Made by a program: the position numbers and the translations under genes. Shown here piece by piece: positions 50,366 to 63,025 of a stretch of 64,000 bases of DNA. Under the pieces are notes generated by a model. The model searched no databases. It was not told the origin of the DNA and was given only the letters and a program-made list of their open reading frames with translations. Numbering within the stretch: position 1 is the first letter of the stretch; every line of letters starts with the position of its first letter. The stretch lies in NCBI RefSeq assembly GCF_009914755.1, contig NC_060933.1. The stretch is one strand, 5' to 3'. The stretch is from the human T2T-CHM13v2.0 reference genome, Homo sapiens.

Positions 50366-51486
50366 GTGAGTGCGGGGCTGGGGCAAGGGGAGGGGGTAGG
50401 GCCTGGGGTGGGGCTGTGGCTTCAACTGCAGGACGACCGCCTCATCTTGAGGCCTCTGGGAGGTAGGTGCTGTGGTCTCCCCGCTTGACGCAGAGTATAC
50501 AGAGCCTCGGGGAGCAGAGTGCCGTGGGGGTTTGAGCCCAGGTGGGGCTGACTGCTGAGCCTGGGCCTTTGGATCATCAGCCGAGGTGACTTGCAGCTGG
50601 TTATCTGCCCACGTGGCCCCTTCCCATGCCGGAGGGCTCGGGACTCCCTGTTCCCATGACTGGGGGGCTCAGCAGAGAGAGGCTGTGGCCTCCCTCAGGC
50701 CTAAGCCTGCTTCCCCAAAAGCTTGTGCCCACACAGCCTGGGTCCTCCCCTGAAGTCTCTGCTTACACCCAGGCCAAAGGGCCCCCAGGGAAGGCGTGTT
50801 CGGGCTCAGGGCAGCTGCGTCCCCTCTCAGGGATGCCGGCCCTGGGACCTGCAGTGGCCAGGTGTGGCAGCGGTGCTCTGTGGTCTCGGCTCCCCCACGG
50901 CTCTGTGGGCGCCTGGCCGTCTGTGGGGCGTGGGGACCTTTTCCACAGTTGAGGTTTGCTCAGTCGCTTCTCCAGCTCAGCCTGGCCCTTTGGGCTGTTT
51001 CTGGATCAGGAAGGGCTGGTGCCTGGCAGAGCCTGGCGCAGTCCAGGTCTTGTCATGGAGAACTTGGGGACCTGGTCCGTGCTCCCCTTCTTCCTTGGAG
51101 AAGACACCCCGAGTAGTGTCTCTTGTGGAGTTGTTCCCAGCCCTGGGGTGTCCGGTCTGTGAGGGTGGAGGGCGAGGCTGGGCCTCGTCCCCTGGCTCCC
51201 GGTGGTTGCTTGTGGATTTCCACCTGGCCGGCCGGAACCTCCCAGACTCCCACTAGGCCCTCCCTCTCCAGGGGCTCCTCACATGAGCAGGGGTGCTCCT
51301 TCCGCTCTGAATTTCTGTGTTTGGGTTTCACCCTGTGTTCCTAGTAGCTGAAGGCTCCATGGCAGAGTTTTGGTGCCATCTCAGGACAGCCCACCCGGGT
51401 GGGACTCGCCCTAGGAGCTCCTCTGCCCACACACAGCTGACAGCACCAGATGTGTCCTGTGGACTCCCAAACCCCCTGCTGCCCTG

Positions 51487-54106
51487 CCTCAGTTTACCTA
51501 GGGCAGGCACTAGGCCCAAGGGATTGCATGTGAGGGGGCCAGGAGGCAGCAGGTGGACACCTAGTCCCAAGCCCCCATGCCATCTCCCGGGTAGTCCAGG
51601 ACTGCTCCTGACCTAGGACTGGGCTGTAGTTGGGGTCTGGAGCCGGCCTGCTGCCCATCCACCTGGCCCTGTTTAGAGCTGGCCTTGACCTCCCGAGCTC
51701 CTTTTCCCTGGAGAATCTTGCTGGCTTTCTGGGCCAACCCCATCAAAGCCCCTCTGCTTTGGGGGATGTGTGCAGAAGAACTGGGGCCTCTGCTCCGTGT
51801 CCCCCTCATATCACCTGGCCTTCCGAAAGCAGGCAGCAGGCCCAAGGTGCTGGCACGAGGGAGGCCTGGTCATGTTATTTTTAGCACACCAGCCCTGCCC
51901 CTGCTCTTGTTGGCAGCATGGTGCCCTGTGGCGAGAGGGCGATGAAGACTCGGCTTCCGCCTGTCCCTTGGCTGACTGGCTGGCACCTGCTGGGTCCCAG
52001 GGCCCCAGGATGCCCCTTGCTGGGTCCTCCCAGGTCTGCCGCCTGTCCTGGACACCCAGGGGTCTAGTGCACAGTAGGTTACCCCCTGCGGGTGGCAGTG
52101 GTGCTCCCAGAATCCTCAGGGGTGCCTGGTGTCCTCCGCACTGTTGAGCTCTTCTCGGGGAGGGGATGGGCAGCACTAGGGGAGGAGGCTTTTCAGGGCT
52201 GCTTCTGGGCCATTCTCTGTTGCTTCCTGTGCAGCCAGGCTCCTGGCACAAAGTAGGGACTTGTTGAAGCCAAGTTGCTTGGGAGTGAGTGGTGCAGGTC
52301 CCCTTGACATTGGCGAGGTCCCCGGGGTGGGTGTGGGTGAGGAGCAGACGCGGGTTGCCCCAGACGTTCCCTGCCCGGCCGCTGTTGGCGTCGGTCTGCC
52401 GTTGGGCTGTGGGTCTCACCCGCAGTTAGTTTGCCGTGGTCTGAGGCCCATGCTTGACTTGGCCCTGGTTCCCCAGAACCCATAGCTCCTTCCCTGGGGG
52501 TTGAGTCCAGCTTTGAGGCCTCAGCAGTTTGTCTTGGAACCCTGGGGTTCCTCACATTCATGGGAGTGTGAGCAGGGTTTCAGGAGGGATGTGCCCCCAC
52601 TCCTAGCCCCAAAACCACAACCGCAAAGTCAGAGTCGCTGGAGCCAGAGAGATTCTCTGACTTCTGCTGCTGTTGGGGAGGGCCAGGCACTCTGCCAAAT
52701 GCTGCCTTCTGCCTTCTCAAGTCCATGGCCAGGAAGGGCCTTCCATGTGGCGGCGTCCAGGCCACTCGCCCCTCCTGGTGGGGGAATAGGAGTCTGGGGG
52801 GGCTTGGGTAGACCCAGGCCAGACCGCAGCTGCCTGGCCCCTGAGCTGTCCCAAATCTCTTCCCTGGTCTGCAGGCTGTACTCCCAGAGCAGGCCCGGGG
52901 GACATTCCCCACAGTGTCCCAGAGCCTTCCTGGCTGCAGCCGGCTCACCTGGGCGCGTTGCAGGTATTGGTGGAGTGAGTTGGTGCCAGCTTCCACACAG
53001 CACTTCTGAGTGCCCGGCATGGAGCTGGACTTGGTGTCAAGGCCTCTGAGCTCTAGCAAAGCCTCCTGGTGGGAGGGCCTGCCCAGGGCCTGTGGGGCTG
53101 TGATGTGTGCACAGGGAGTGTGGACGCGAGGCTGAGCGGGCTTCACGGGGTCGGAAGCAGGGCAGCACAGGCGCCTACCCGCCAGGGACTGAGGTCGGAG
53201 GGGAGTGTGCAGAGGAGCTGGTTTGCTCCTGCCTCGATGGACAGATGAGGTCCAGCAAGGTCCAGGGGCCTGCTCCTGGCGCAGAGTGGGCCTTTCCCAA
53301 GTCGGGGCTGGTGGAGAGACCCTTCAGGGGCTCAGGAAGGAAGGGTGTGGTGGGTGTGAGGAGAGAGCCAAGAGACGGGCAGGAGACCTGGGTGGGGCAT
53401 CGAGGCGGCGGGAACTGAAATAAGTGCCAAGGATCTGAAAGGGGAAATGCGATGGCCCCCACCCTGGCCACGCGTGGAGTCCTGAGGCTCCAGCGAAGCA
53501 ACAATGGCAGCCTGGCTCTCCTGGGAGCGGGAGCAGGGAGTGTGGGAGGAGACCCTGGATAGCTGGGGGGCTGTGGAGCCCACTGGGGGAGGGACAGACC
53601 AAGGCAGACCCCCGGGGCGGCCCTGTGCTGTGCTCCGGGGGCTGTGAGCCAACCCGAGGCCCAGCAGCCTGGGGCTGGAAGGGCGGAAGAACGCCCGCCT
53701 GGCCTCCCCATCCTGGCACAGCCTTGCTTCTGTAGCCTGGACCGTCCTCCAGGTGAGCCCAAAGAAGCAAGGTGGGTGGCCCCAGGGCCTGCAGCCTGGA
53801 TGGGCACCTCAGCCCGGGCTCCACTCTTCTCAGATGTGCAGAGGCTCACCGGGCCCTGGGCTCACTGGGCTAGCCAGACCCTCTGATATCACTGAGGTCT
53901 GGGGGAGCCAGGGATGCAGGCTAAGTTCAGCGCGGGAGCTGGCTTGGCCCTGACACTGAGAGGGAGGGGGACCGTCTGCCATTCTGTCCTGCCTGGAGTC
54001 CCTTTCCCGGCCAGGGCTGCTCTGGTGCTCCCTCAGTTTACCCAGGGCAGGTGCTAGGCCCAAGGGACTGCACATGGAGGGCCGGGAGGCAGCAGGTGGA
54101 TCCCTA
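51487..54106. repeat. Dispersed direct repeat of about 77 bp (51487-51563 and 54031-54106)
   Basis: cctcagtttacc.agggcagg..ctaggcccaaggga.tgca..tg..gggcc.ggaggcagcaggtgga..ccta occurs twice in intron 2. Confidence 0.88.
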
Positions 54107-54595
54107 CCCACCCGAGGTGGTTTGGGACAGCCTAGAAAGAGGAAGTGCGTGAGTTCCTTTCCTTTGTGCTTCCGAGCAACCTGGACCTGCAGAGTCATGG
54201 CCTGTGCTCCTCCAGCCTCTGGCCCAAGGGGCTCCTGCTCACACGCCTCGGTGCCTCCCCAGTGCTAGGGCACAAAGCGAGGGTGCCCGACACTTCCTGC
54301 TTGTGGATGCCTTTGCTGCCCCTGCTCTGACCTGATCCCCGCCCTGGCTGTACCTACTTCTTTCCTTTTTTCAAACAAGCCCTTTGCTTCCCCACCTCTG
54401 AACACTGGCTTGGGGGCCCCTGTGCCTGGGACACCCCTTTCTTCCTCCCAGGCCCTGGCCCATCTCCTCCAGGAAGCTTGAGTGCTCACTGCAGCCACCG
54501 GCCTCCCTGTAAGACAGTGAGTTGTCTGCGAGCTCTGCTCTGAGCCCTGGCACATGGAGCGACTCAGTTACACTTAATCAGCTCTTAGAGGCACT

Positions 54596-54909
54596 GGCTG
54601 GGCATGGTGGCTCAACGCCTGTAATCCCAGCACTTTGGGAGGCCGAGGCGGGAGGATTGCTTGAGCCTAGGAGTTGGAGACAAGCCTGGGCAACATAGTT
54701 GAGACCCCACCACTAGAAAAAAAAAAAATAGCGGAGTGCAGTGGCATGGACTTGTAATCCCAGCTACTCAGGAGGCTGAAGCAGGAGGATCAATTGGGCC
54801 TGGAAGTTTGAGGCTGCAGTGACTGTGATTGTGCCACTGTCCTCCAGCCTGGGCAACAGAGTGAGACCCTGTTTCGGAAAAAAAAAAAAAAAAAAAAGAG
54901 AAAAGAAGT
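54596..54909 (+). mobile_element. Full-length AluJ-like SINE
   Basis: ggctgggcatggtggctc...tgtaatcccagcactttgggagg, J-type ggaggattgcttgagcc, central A-linker and poly-A tail. Residual TSD AGGCACT at 54589-54595 and 54910-54916. Confidence 0.93.
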
Positions 54910-55769
54910 AGGCACTAACATGGTTCCAGTTTTGCCGACGAGGAAACTCAGGCTCACAGTGATTAAATCATTTTCCGAATGTCACACGAGAACGTAGGAG
55001 GCAGGCAGAATCCGGAGCCAGGGATCCGCCTCTGGGGCCTCCAGTGCCTCCAAGCGAGACAGCCACTAGACCAGCGAGCCCTGGAGGGCTGGGCAGGGCC
55101 TTGTCCCCTGGTGCCTCCCGGAGCCCAGCACGGGGCAGGGCCAGCTGGGCACTTAGTTTGGACGAGCTCTGTCCCTCCAGGGGCTTCACTTTCGCCTTCT
55201 GCAGCGTGGGGGATCATGTGTGACCTTGGCCAGCCCCTGACCTCCCTGAGCCGCAGCCTCTGCATCTGGGACACCCAGGGTTTCCCATGCAGGGAGTGTC
55301 AAGTGTGGGTGCAAAGCCCAGGCACCGCACCCCTCTGCAGACGTCTGGGGCTTTCTCTTGCCCCTTCAGTTCCCTCCCTTCTCTGAGAAGCGCACCTGCT
55401 GCCTGTGGACATGAACACTGGGCATTTGGTGAGTCACACAGTGGCCACCCGGTTCTCCAGTGGGAGCTTCATGGCACCCCCACTGTGCTGAGTTGTCACG
55501 GGGGACCTCCTGGCCTCTCGCAGCCCACCTGAGTCCTGCAGGGACCAAGCATCCTTGTAAAGCCTCACAGCCCACCTGGGCAGATCGAGGAAGAACCTAG
55601 AAGCCAGAACAAGCTGGGGCTGGAAGACTCATTCCAGGCACCGAGGTCCATGTGAAAGGAGGCTTTGCGGTGGTTTCTGCTTTGCTTGCATTGAGCCTCA
55701 AACTCTTCCTGTCCCGTGAGAAGGGGGGATGGGATTTGGAGGCCTGAGGAAGGAAGGAGGGGAGCTTCC

Positions 55770-56110
55770 TGCGCACAAGCGGCGGCAGGGGTTTGCAGAA
55801 GTGGAGGCTGGGGGCTGCCTGGCCAAGCGCTTACCGCCCTGCGCAGCCGGGCTGGCTGGCAGGCTGCAGCGGGAAGCGCCTGTGGGTCCTCGGCGCTGAC
55901 TGCAGAGCTGGGTGGAGGCAGCGGAACCAAAACTGCTGTGTCACTGCACGCTGCAGCTGTTGCCAGGGTGACCGGGTGAGTTTCCCACGCTTGCCCGGGC
56001 GGCAGCGTGCGGGCCGGCGGGTGGGGCGGAGGGGTGTGCAGAGAGGCCAGTGGTGTCGTGCCACCCGATGCCCGGGGGTGTCCACTCCCCTCTCCTGGGT
56101 CACGTGACCA
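55770..56110 (+). promoter_or_regulatory. CpG-rich candidate internal promoter/enhancer upstream of exon 3
   Basis: Local CpG cluster, GC box GGGGCGGAG at 56023-56031, palindrome GGTCACGTGACC at 56098-56109, and donor CGG|GTGAGT at 55976. Confidence 0.45.
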
Positions 56111-56631
56111 GGGCCCCTGCCCTGCGGTGTTGTGGGGTGTATGTGTGGTTCTTGGGGGGGTCCCCAGCCCTCCTCCGTCCTGGGAACTGGGCTTCGGCGT
56201 CCTCATGTGTGGGTTGGGACCCCCCAGAGTGCCTGCCTCATGGAGTGTCCGGGGGCACCCAGCGGGGCTGGGCACTGCCAGGGGCTCAGTAATGAGAGGC
56301 AGCTCTCATTTAGGTGGGCAGCGGGCAGGGGGTTGCAAGCAGGGACCGCCCATGTGTTGGGGGGGGTGTTGAAGGTCCTTTTCCACAGAGGCCTGGGGTC
56401 TGCTGCGGGCGAGTCCTGAGGTTGCCACAGCCTCTGCTGGCCTTGCTGAGCAAGCACAGTGGCCCCGCTGCTCCGGAGCAGCGTGGCGGGTGGGGGGCAC
56501 GGCCCTCTCTAGCCTCGGTGTCTGTGTGTGAAGTTGGGGGTACAGCTGTGCCATCCTTGCTGCAGGGCCGTGGGGGACATAGGGACAAACCTGGTGTACA
56601 CCCCGCTGACTGCTGTGGTTGCCCCCCCCAG

Positions 56632-56782
56632 CTCAGCTCACCTATGAACCCCGTCAGCAGCAGCGAGGACATCAAGCCCCCCCTGGGCCTCAATGGCGTC
56701 CTCAAGGTCCCCGCCCACCCCTCAGGAAACATGGCTTCCTTCACCAAGCACATCTGCGCCATCTGCGGGGACCGCTCCTCAG
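56632..56782 (+). CDS. RXRA: RXRA coding exon 3 (end of A/B region and first half of zinc finger 1; about L94-G144)
   Basis: Acceptor gttgcccccccc AG|CTC, donor TCAG|GTACCG, 151 nt, phase 0 with exon 2. Translates to LSSPMNPVSSSEDIKPPLGLNGVLKVPAHPSGNMASFTKHICAICGDRSS(G). Internal ATG (Met98) at 56644. Confidence 0.97.
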
Positions 56783-57283
56783 GTACCGCTGCTGTGGGGG
56801 CCAGGGGCTGGTGGGACAGGGTTGTCAGGCCATTGCAGGGTCTGGAGGCCTCCCCAAATCACCCTCCTGTGGGCCAAGCAGGACCCAAGGCCAGGGTGCA
56901 GGGAGGCAGGTGCCTGGGCCATGCCCCACTCCCAGGGCTCCGCGAGGCCATTCCAGGGTTCTCACGTCTGTGGGACAGTGAGTGTTGGGTGGGGTGGGGC
57001 ACAGGGCAGCCTGAGGCTTCCGGAGAGGAGGTGGCTGCTGATGGCAAGGTCAGCATGGGGGCAGCCAGTGCTGCGCCTCCTCCCTTGGCTGGGTCTGGGC
57101 AAGGGGCCCGTGTTGTGCCACTGACCCCCAACGGCCTGAGAGGGAAGAACGGGCTGCACAGTGCAGACACAGAGCAGGTGACTTGCCTGGGGCCCTGGTC
57201 CCTGGTGGGCTGGGATTTGTCCCTGCCCCACTCCTAAGCTGTCCTCGGAGGAGCAGAGAGAGTGAGGCTGGGGCCCAGTCTGA

Positions 57284-57871
<588 letters not shown>

Positions 57872-58936
57872 TAGGTTGGAGAGGTGGAGCGGGGGCATCT
57901 TCTGAGCTGTTGGATGCCAGGGGTGGTCCCGGGCCAGCTTCCTCCCGAGGCCAACTCTGTGGCACCCCGCAGGGCCGCCGGATGGCCCCCAGGCTCTTGG
58001 AGCAGTTCCTCCTTTCCTTTTGTTTTTGTGCTCGTCTTATTAACAAATCTGTGTCGGGGCGGTTTGCAGGGAAGTCCCTCCCCCGATGTCACCAAAATTG
58101 TCAAGTCATCCAGCCAGACCTGGGTCGGAGTCCCGGGCCCCACAGGCACTGTGACTTCCCAGTCCTGGCTGGCTGTAGTCCTCAGTTTCCCCATCTGTCA
58201 CATCCCCTTTCCCTCTCAGGTTTGGCGATTCCTGGCCTCTTAGTGGGTCCCTGGGTCATGGTTTGCACACACGTTTGGGGGTGTGCCTCAGTTCCTCCCA
58301 TCGGGTCCCGTGCCCTGGGCCTTGTGGAGGTGGGAGGTGCTGTCTGGGGTGAAGATCTGTTGGTCTGTCCCTGTCCCCCCGCTCTGCAGGACACCCTTCC
58401 TCTGTCCTCTGCTGTGCTGCTCCTGAGGCCCAACACCTGTGTGGCTGGTGTGTCTTACTTCCTCCCCGCCAGCCCCTGGTGGGGTCCCCAAACAGGACCC
58501 ACGCCACTGTCTCACCGTCAGGGATGTCCTGAGTGGCCACCTTGGTGCTGCAGTTTCATTTCATCATCTCTCTTGTGTATGTCTTCTCAGCCTTAACGGT
58601 CCTGTTGAGAAATCAGAGCCTCTGCCAGGCGCCGTGCTCCTGGAGGGTGTCCTCCTTGGGCTGCGAGGCTGAGTGTGGTGTATGGGCTGGTGTGAGGTCC
58701 TTGTGCCTGCATAGCAGAGCTGCCTTCCAGAGCTGGTGTGGCCATGCCCAGTGCTGCCAGTCAGGCCTTTCTGATGGGGATTCGTGTTTCATGGAGTGCT
58801 GACGTTTGCTCAGGCCCACCCTGTGCTGTGCAGGTTGGGAAACCGAGGGCAGACGGTTCAAGCCTTGCGCAGGGTCACATGCTGGGCCCTGGCCCCCATC
58901 CAGACCTTGTTGCTTTCACCAGAGGGCAGAGGAGCA

Positions 58937-59008
58937 TGTGCCCAGCCTGGAGAGGTGTGTGCCCAGCCTGGAGAGGTGTGTACCCAGCCTGGAGAGGTGT
59001 GGACCCAG
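58937..59008. repeat. Minisatellite, 21 bp x about 3.4
   Basis: TGTGCCCAGCCTGGAGAGGTG at 58937, 58958 and 58979, plus a partial copy. Confidence 0.9.
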
Positions 59009-61734
59009 TCTGGTTCTTCCGGGTGCCTGGTGTGGGCAGGGAGGCTTGCTGTGGTGGCAGGTGCAGCCTTGTCCCTGGAAGATGGAAACTGGGACAGGGG
59101 CAGGCATAGTAGGCAGTGGCCGGGGCCCCTGTGCCCAGGCGTGGAGACTGGCCTGTTCTGGGGTGGAGGCCCGAGGCGTGGCTGGAGCTGGGGGGGGAAG
59201 GCCTCGTGTGCAGCCTTAGCCTGGCAGTCTCTGTGAGGATGCCACAGCACAGAGAGCTTGGTTTAGCCGAGACCACTCTCAGATCCTGGGGGCTTCAGGG
59301 AGACCCCTGCGAGCTTGGGGGCAGATGAGAGCGCTGTGCATGGCTGATGCCTGGCCTGGGCCTGCAGCAGTAAGCTCGCTGTCCTTTGAAAGTGATCATC
59401 AGATAACCAGGGGGGGCCCAGGGGGCAGCCAGTGCAGGCTTAGGGGAAGCTCAGGCACTGTGGGAGCCCAGAGGAGGCACCTGACCCTGCCTCGGGCACC
59501 CGGTGAGACGCAGGCAGGCAGGAGGGCTGTTGACGCCTGAGGAATGAAAAGGTGTCGGCACCACAGGCCTGGCTGCAGGGAGCAGTGTCCGTGAAGTCTG
59601 AGGCTGTCATCACACCTGGCCCTCGGAAGTCGGTGATGGCCTTTCTGAGCCCCGTCCCGGACCCTCCAGGCTGCACTGACTCCTTCCTAAGGCCCTGCAG
59701 CCCAGTCATCCATGTGCCTGGGATCATCAGACTCCAGCTGCCTGGGCCCCCCAAAGCCTGGGGACGACACCCCATCCCATCCCAGTGGAACCGTGCAGTG
59801 TTGGGGCTGGGGGGACCTGGAATCACCTGGTCAGACCGCTCCCCTGGTGCCCATCGGTGACTGGGTCCTGTTAGGAGCAGCTCATGTGGGGGACCACCCT
59901 GGACACCCCCTTCCTGATCCCCACACATGGTCTCACTCGCCCCATACCTGTGAGACAGAGAAATGGGGTATAGAGAGGTGAGCCGTGGGGAGGTCTAAGG
60001 GCCAGCACCAGGCGTGGCCCCCATTTCTTGCCGGTCCTTCCTGCTTCCAGTCCTTCCTCTTGGCAGCGCATAAGCCCTGGAGACCAGACTTAGGGCCGTG
60101 AGAGAAACTGCTGCTGCTGTCAAGGGACCTCCTCCCCTTTGCCTCCAGCAGGATTCTGAGGCGTGAACTTGCAGTCAGAATGCTGCCGAGCGCTCTCGCC
60201 CCAAACACAGCTGCAGAACTCAGCCTCGGTGTGGAGGGCACCTCTGCGTGGGCGGTGAGGAGGCAGTGAGGCCCCCGTGCCAAACGTGCCCTGCTGCCAG
60301 TGCCTCTCCTTGTGCACAGGGGGAGTCTCTTGCCTCCCCCAGCCTGGCTGTGTGGGCTGCACAGCCAGGCCTGTGGAGCTCCTTACTCTTGGGCAGTAAC
60401 GGGGCCCCTGGTGCAGCCCAGGCACTCGCCCTGCAGGGACCCCACGTGGAAACGGTGGCTGGGAGGGCTTGGCAGGCACCCTCCTCCCCGGCCTGCGTCT
60501 GGGTGCTGGGCAAGACCCCTTGGCTCCAGATGGGTCCTGAAGTGCAGAGCACTCCCCTCTCTCCTCTTGGGCAAACCACTGCAAGGCAGGCTCCCCGACA
60601 GCGGAGGGCAGGGCTGTTGGCTGCATGGGTGAGGCATTGCAGCAGCCCTGGAGAAAGCTATGGGGCCAAGTTGGCCAACACTAGGTGCCTGTGGCCCAGA
60701 GCATGCAGGATGGGAGCTGTCGGCTCTGGGGACTGAGCCCTCCTAAGTGTCAGGCCCCCTGGTGGGCAGCTCCGCCCACTGGCCTTGGTGTCAAGTGGTC
60801 CCTCGGCCCGGTTTGTGATCAGACCCCTAGAAACAGGCTGGAGCTGAGGCGTCGCATCCCAGTGCAGTGCTGCGAGGGAGTCGCCTGGGGTTGGTCCCAG
60901 GGCTGGCTGAAGGCAGGATGGCCCAGGTGCCCCCATGCGGTGACTCTGCCCCCGGCAAAGGCCCACTCTGGCTCTGGGGCAGATGGGTTCCCACCCCTAT
61001 GCGGTAGGATACCACAGGCTGATAGCATCTCAGGTTGGGCAATGGGGCCTGCACGCGCAGGCAGCCACCAGGAGGGACTCGTTCCGCAGCATTCCCGGGA
61101 CCAGGGGTGGGCAGAGGTGGGGGGACGTGCAGTGGTGGGTGTTGGCCCTCTGCCAAGCTGAGCCTGGGCCTGTTTGCTGAAGCCGGGGAGGGGGCAGGGG
61201 TTGGGGGTCCCGCAGGGACACGTGCTCTGATGGGGAAGACAGGCCTCACCCTTGGGGGTTCCCAGTCCGATGGAAAAGACCTAGCTTCCACCCAGGGTCG
61301 TCGGGGGAGACATTGGTCTAGAGGGGGCAGTGGCTGTCCCCCATTCTGCTTCCTCCTCCTCCCTCAGGAAGGCTGCTTCCCATTTCCTTCCTGCCTGCCT
61401 TTGCTTCCTGTGCCCACCCTCCAGCTCTGAAGGACTGGGTGTGGAAACAGCAGGGTCTGGCGTGTGTGCACCTATGTGTGCACGTGTGTGCATGTGCGTG
61501 CACTGCAGGGATGTGGCTGACCCACAGGTCTCTGCTGTGGGAAGGGAGCCCCGGCTGGGCTCGAGTGTGGCCCTCTTGCCTTCTGGCCTGTGAACTGGGC
61601 AAGTGACCTTGCCTCGCCCAGTCCTCAGGTTCCTCATCTGTGATGGGCTGGGGGCATCAGGAAGACCCCTGCGAGCTTGGGGGTGGATGAGAGTGCTGTG
61701 CGTGGCTGGTGGTGGGGTTGGAGAGCAGTGGTCA

Positions 61735-61885
61735 CGTGTGGGTGTGGGTGTGGTATGTCTGTGTGGTGTATGGGTGTGCGTGTGGTGTGTGTGTGATATG
61801 TCTGTGGTGTGGTATGTGTGGTGTGGTATGTCTCTGTGTGTCTGTGTGTGTATGTCTGCATGGTTTGTGTGCACGTGTGTGTGCA
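61735..61885. repeat. TG-rich low-complexity tract in intron 4
   Basis: Degenerate gtgtg/gtatg repeats. Confidence 0.85.
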
Positions 61886-62949
61886 TGGTTCTCGTGTTCT
61901 GATGCCTTGCTCTAGGTTGAAGCCCTGGAGGGAAGGTAAGTCACTCCCTTTAGAGACTCTAGCTTGCTGTGTGGCCTCTGGCGCTGCTCTCTGGGTCTCT
62001 GTCTCCCCACCCTTAAGAGGAGGCCAGAATGGTTTGGTGGAGTTCGGTCCTGCCTGTCTTGGGCCCAGCCCTGGGCTGCACAAGGGACGGAGGAAGGACT
62101 CAGCCATTGCCACTACCCAAGCCAGAGGAGCCAGTGGGCCTGGGGATGCCCCTCGGCTCCGACATGCCTGCCTCGGAGCTGTCTGCCCTTCCCCAGACCC
62201 CCTCCCTCCTGCTTGACCCTGAGGGGCTGTGGCAGGTCAGAGATGTCCTTTGCTTCTGAGGGGCTGCTGCACCCTGAGTCCTAGGCCAGCTTGTCTCTGG
62301 GGGCCTGGGACCCCAGTGATGCTGGGGAGGGTCCGCCTGGGCAGGAGTCTCAGGTCTTCCTGGGAGGACTGGGCTGCGGTGTGTGAGTCTCCTCTGCCTC
62401 TGAGCAGCCTCCCCCGTGCCTCCACTCTGCCTCCTCCAGCCGCCACGCTCTGGTCTGGAGGGTAAAGAGGCTCTGTGTTTACAGACACCTCCCGCCCGGC
62501 CTCCGGCGCCAGCGGAACATGAGTCAAGCATGACTTCGTCTAGAAGGTGATTGTGCTGGCAAAGCATAAATCCCGGCCCCTCCTGCCCCCCAGCCTATAA
62601 ATAAAGCGATCATATTTATAATGATGCTGGGCAGAGCTGCCAGGCCCTTCACAGCTTCAAAGTGCTTCACAAAACACTCGCTAATTAATTCTCGGCTGCC
62701 CTGGCGGAGGAGGCAGGTGCCAAGGAGCCCAGCTCCAGGCACCTGGGGAGAACTGGCAGCAAGGCCCCTCGCTCAGGGCCACCCTTGTCTGGGGCTCCCC
62801 ATGCCCTGGGGCTACCTCTGAGCAGGAGAAAATCCCTGGCACCGGGCCGGGCTGGCGCGTGGGGTGGGAGGCTCCGGTGACAGCTCTGAGCACCTCCAGG
62901 CCCCCCGTGTGCTGGCGCTTCCTCTTGGAGCCATCCTGGGGGTGGGCGC

Positions 62950-63025
62950 TGTCATTTTCATCTTACGGATGAGGGAGCCGAGGCACAGAGAGGTCAGGGG
63001 ACTTGGCCGGGGCCACACGGCTGCT
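62950..63025 (-). mobile_element. MIR SINE core fragment
   Basis: cattttcatcttacggatgagggagccgaggcacagagaggtcaggggacttggccggggccacacggct matches the antisense MIR core. Confidence 0.65.

Noticed and set aside
61588-63025. AGGTCA/TGACCT half-site pairs as RXR autoregulatory DR elements
   Set aside because: Spacings are non-canonical or half-sites degenerate, and they lie within MIR cores. I did not see a clean DR1-DR5 by eye; a PWM scan would be needed.
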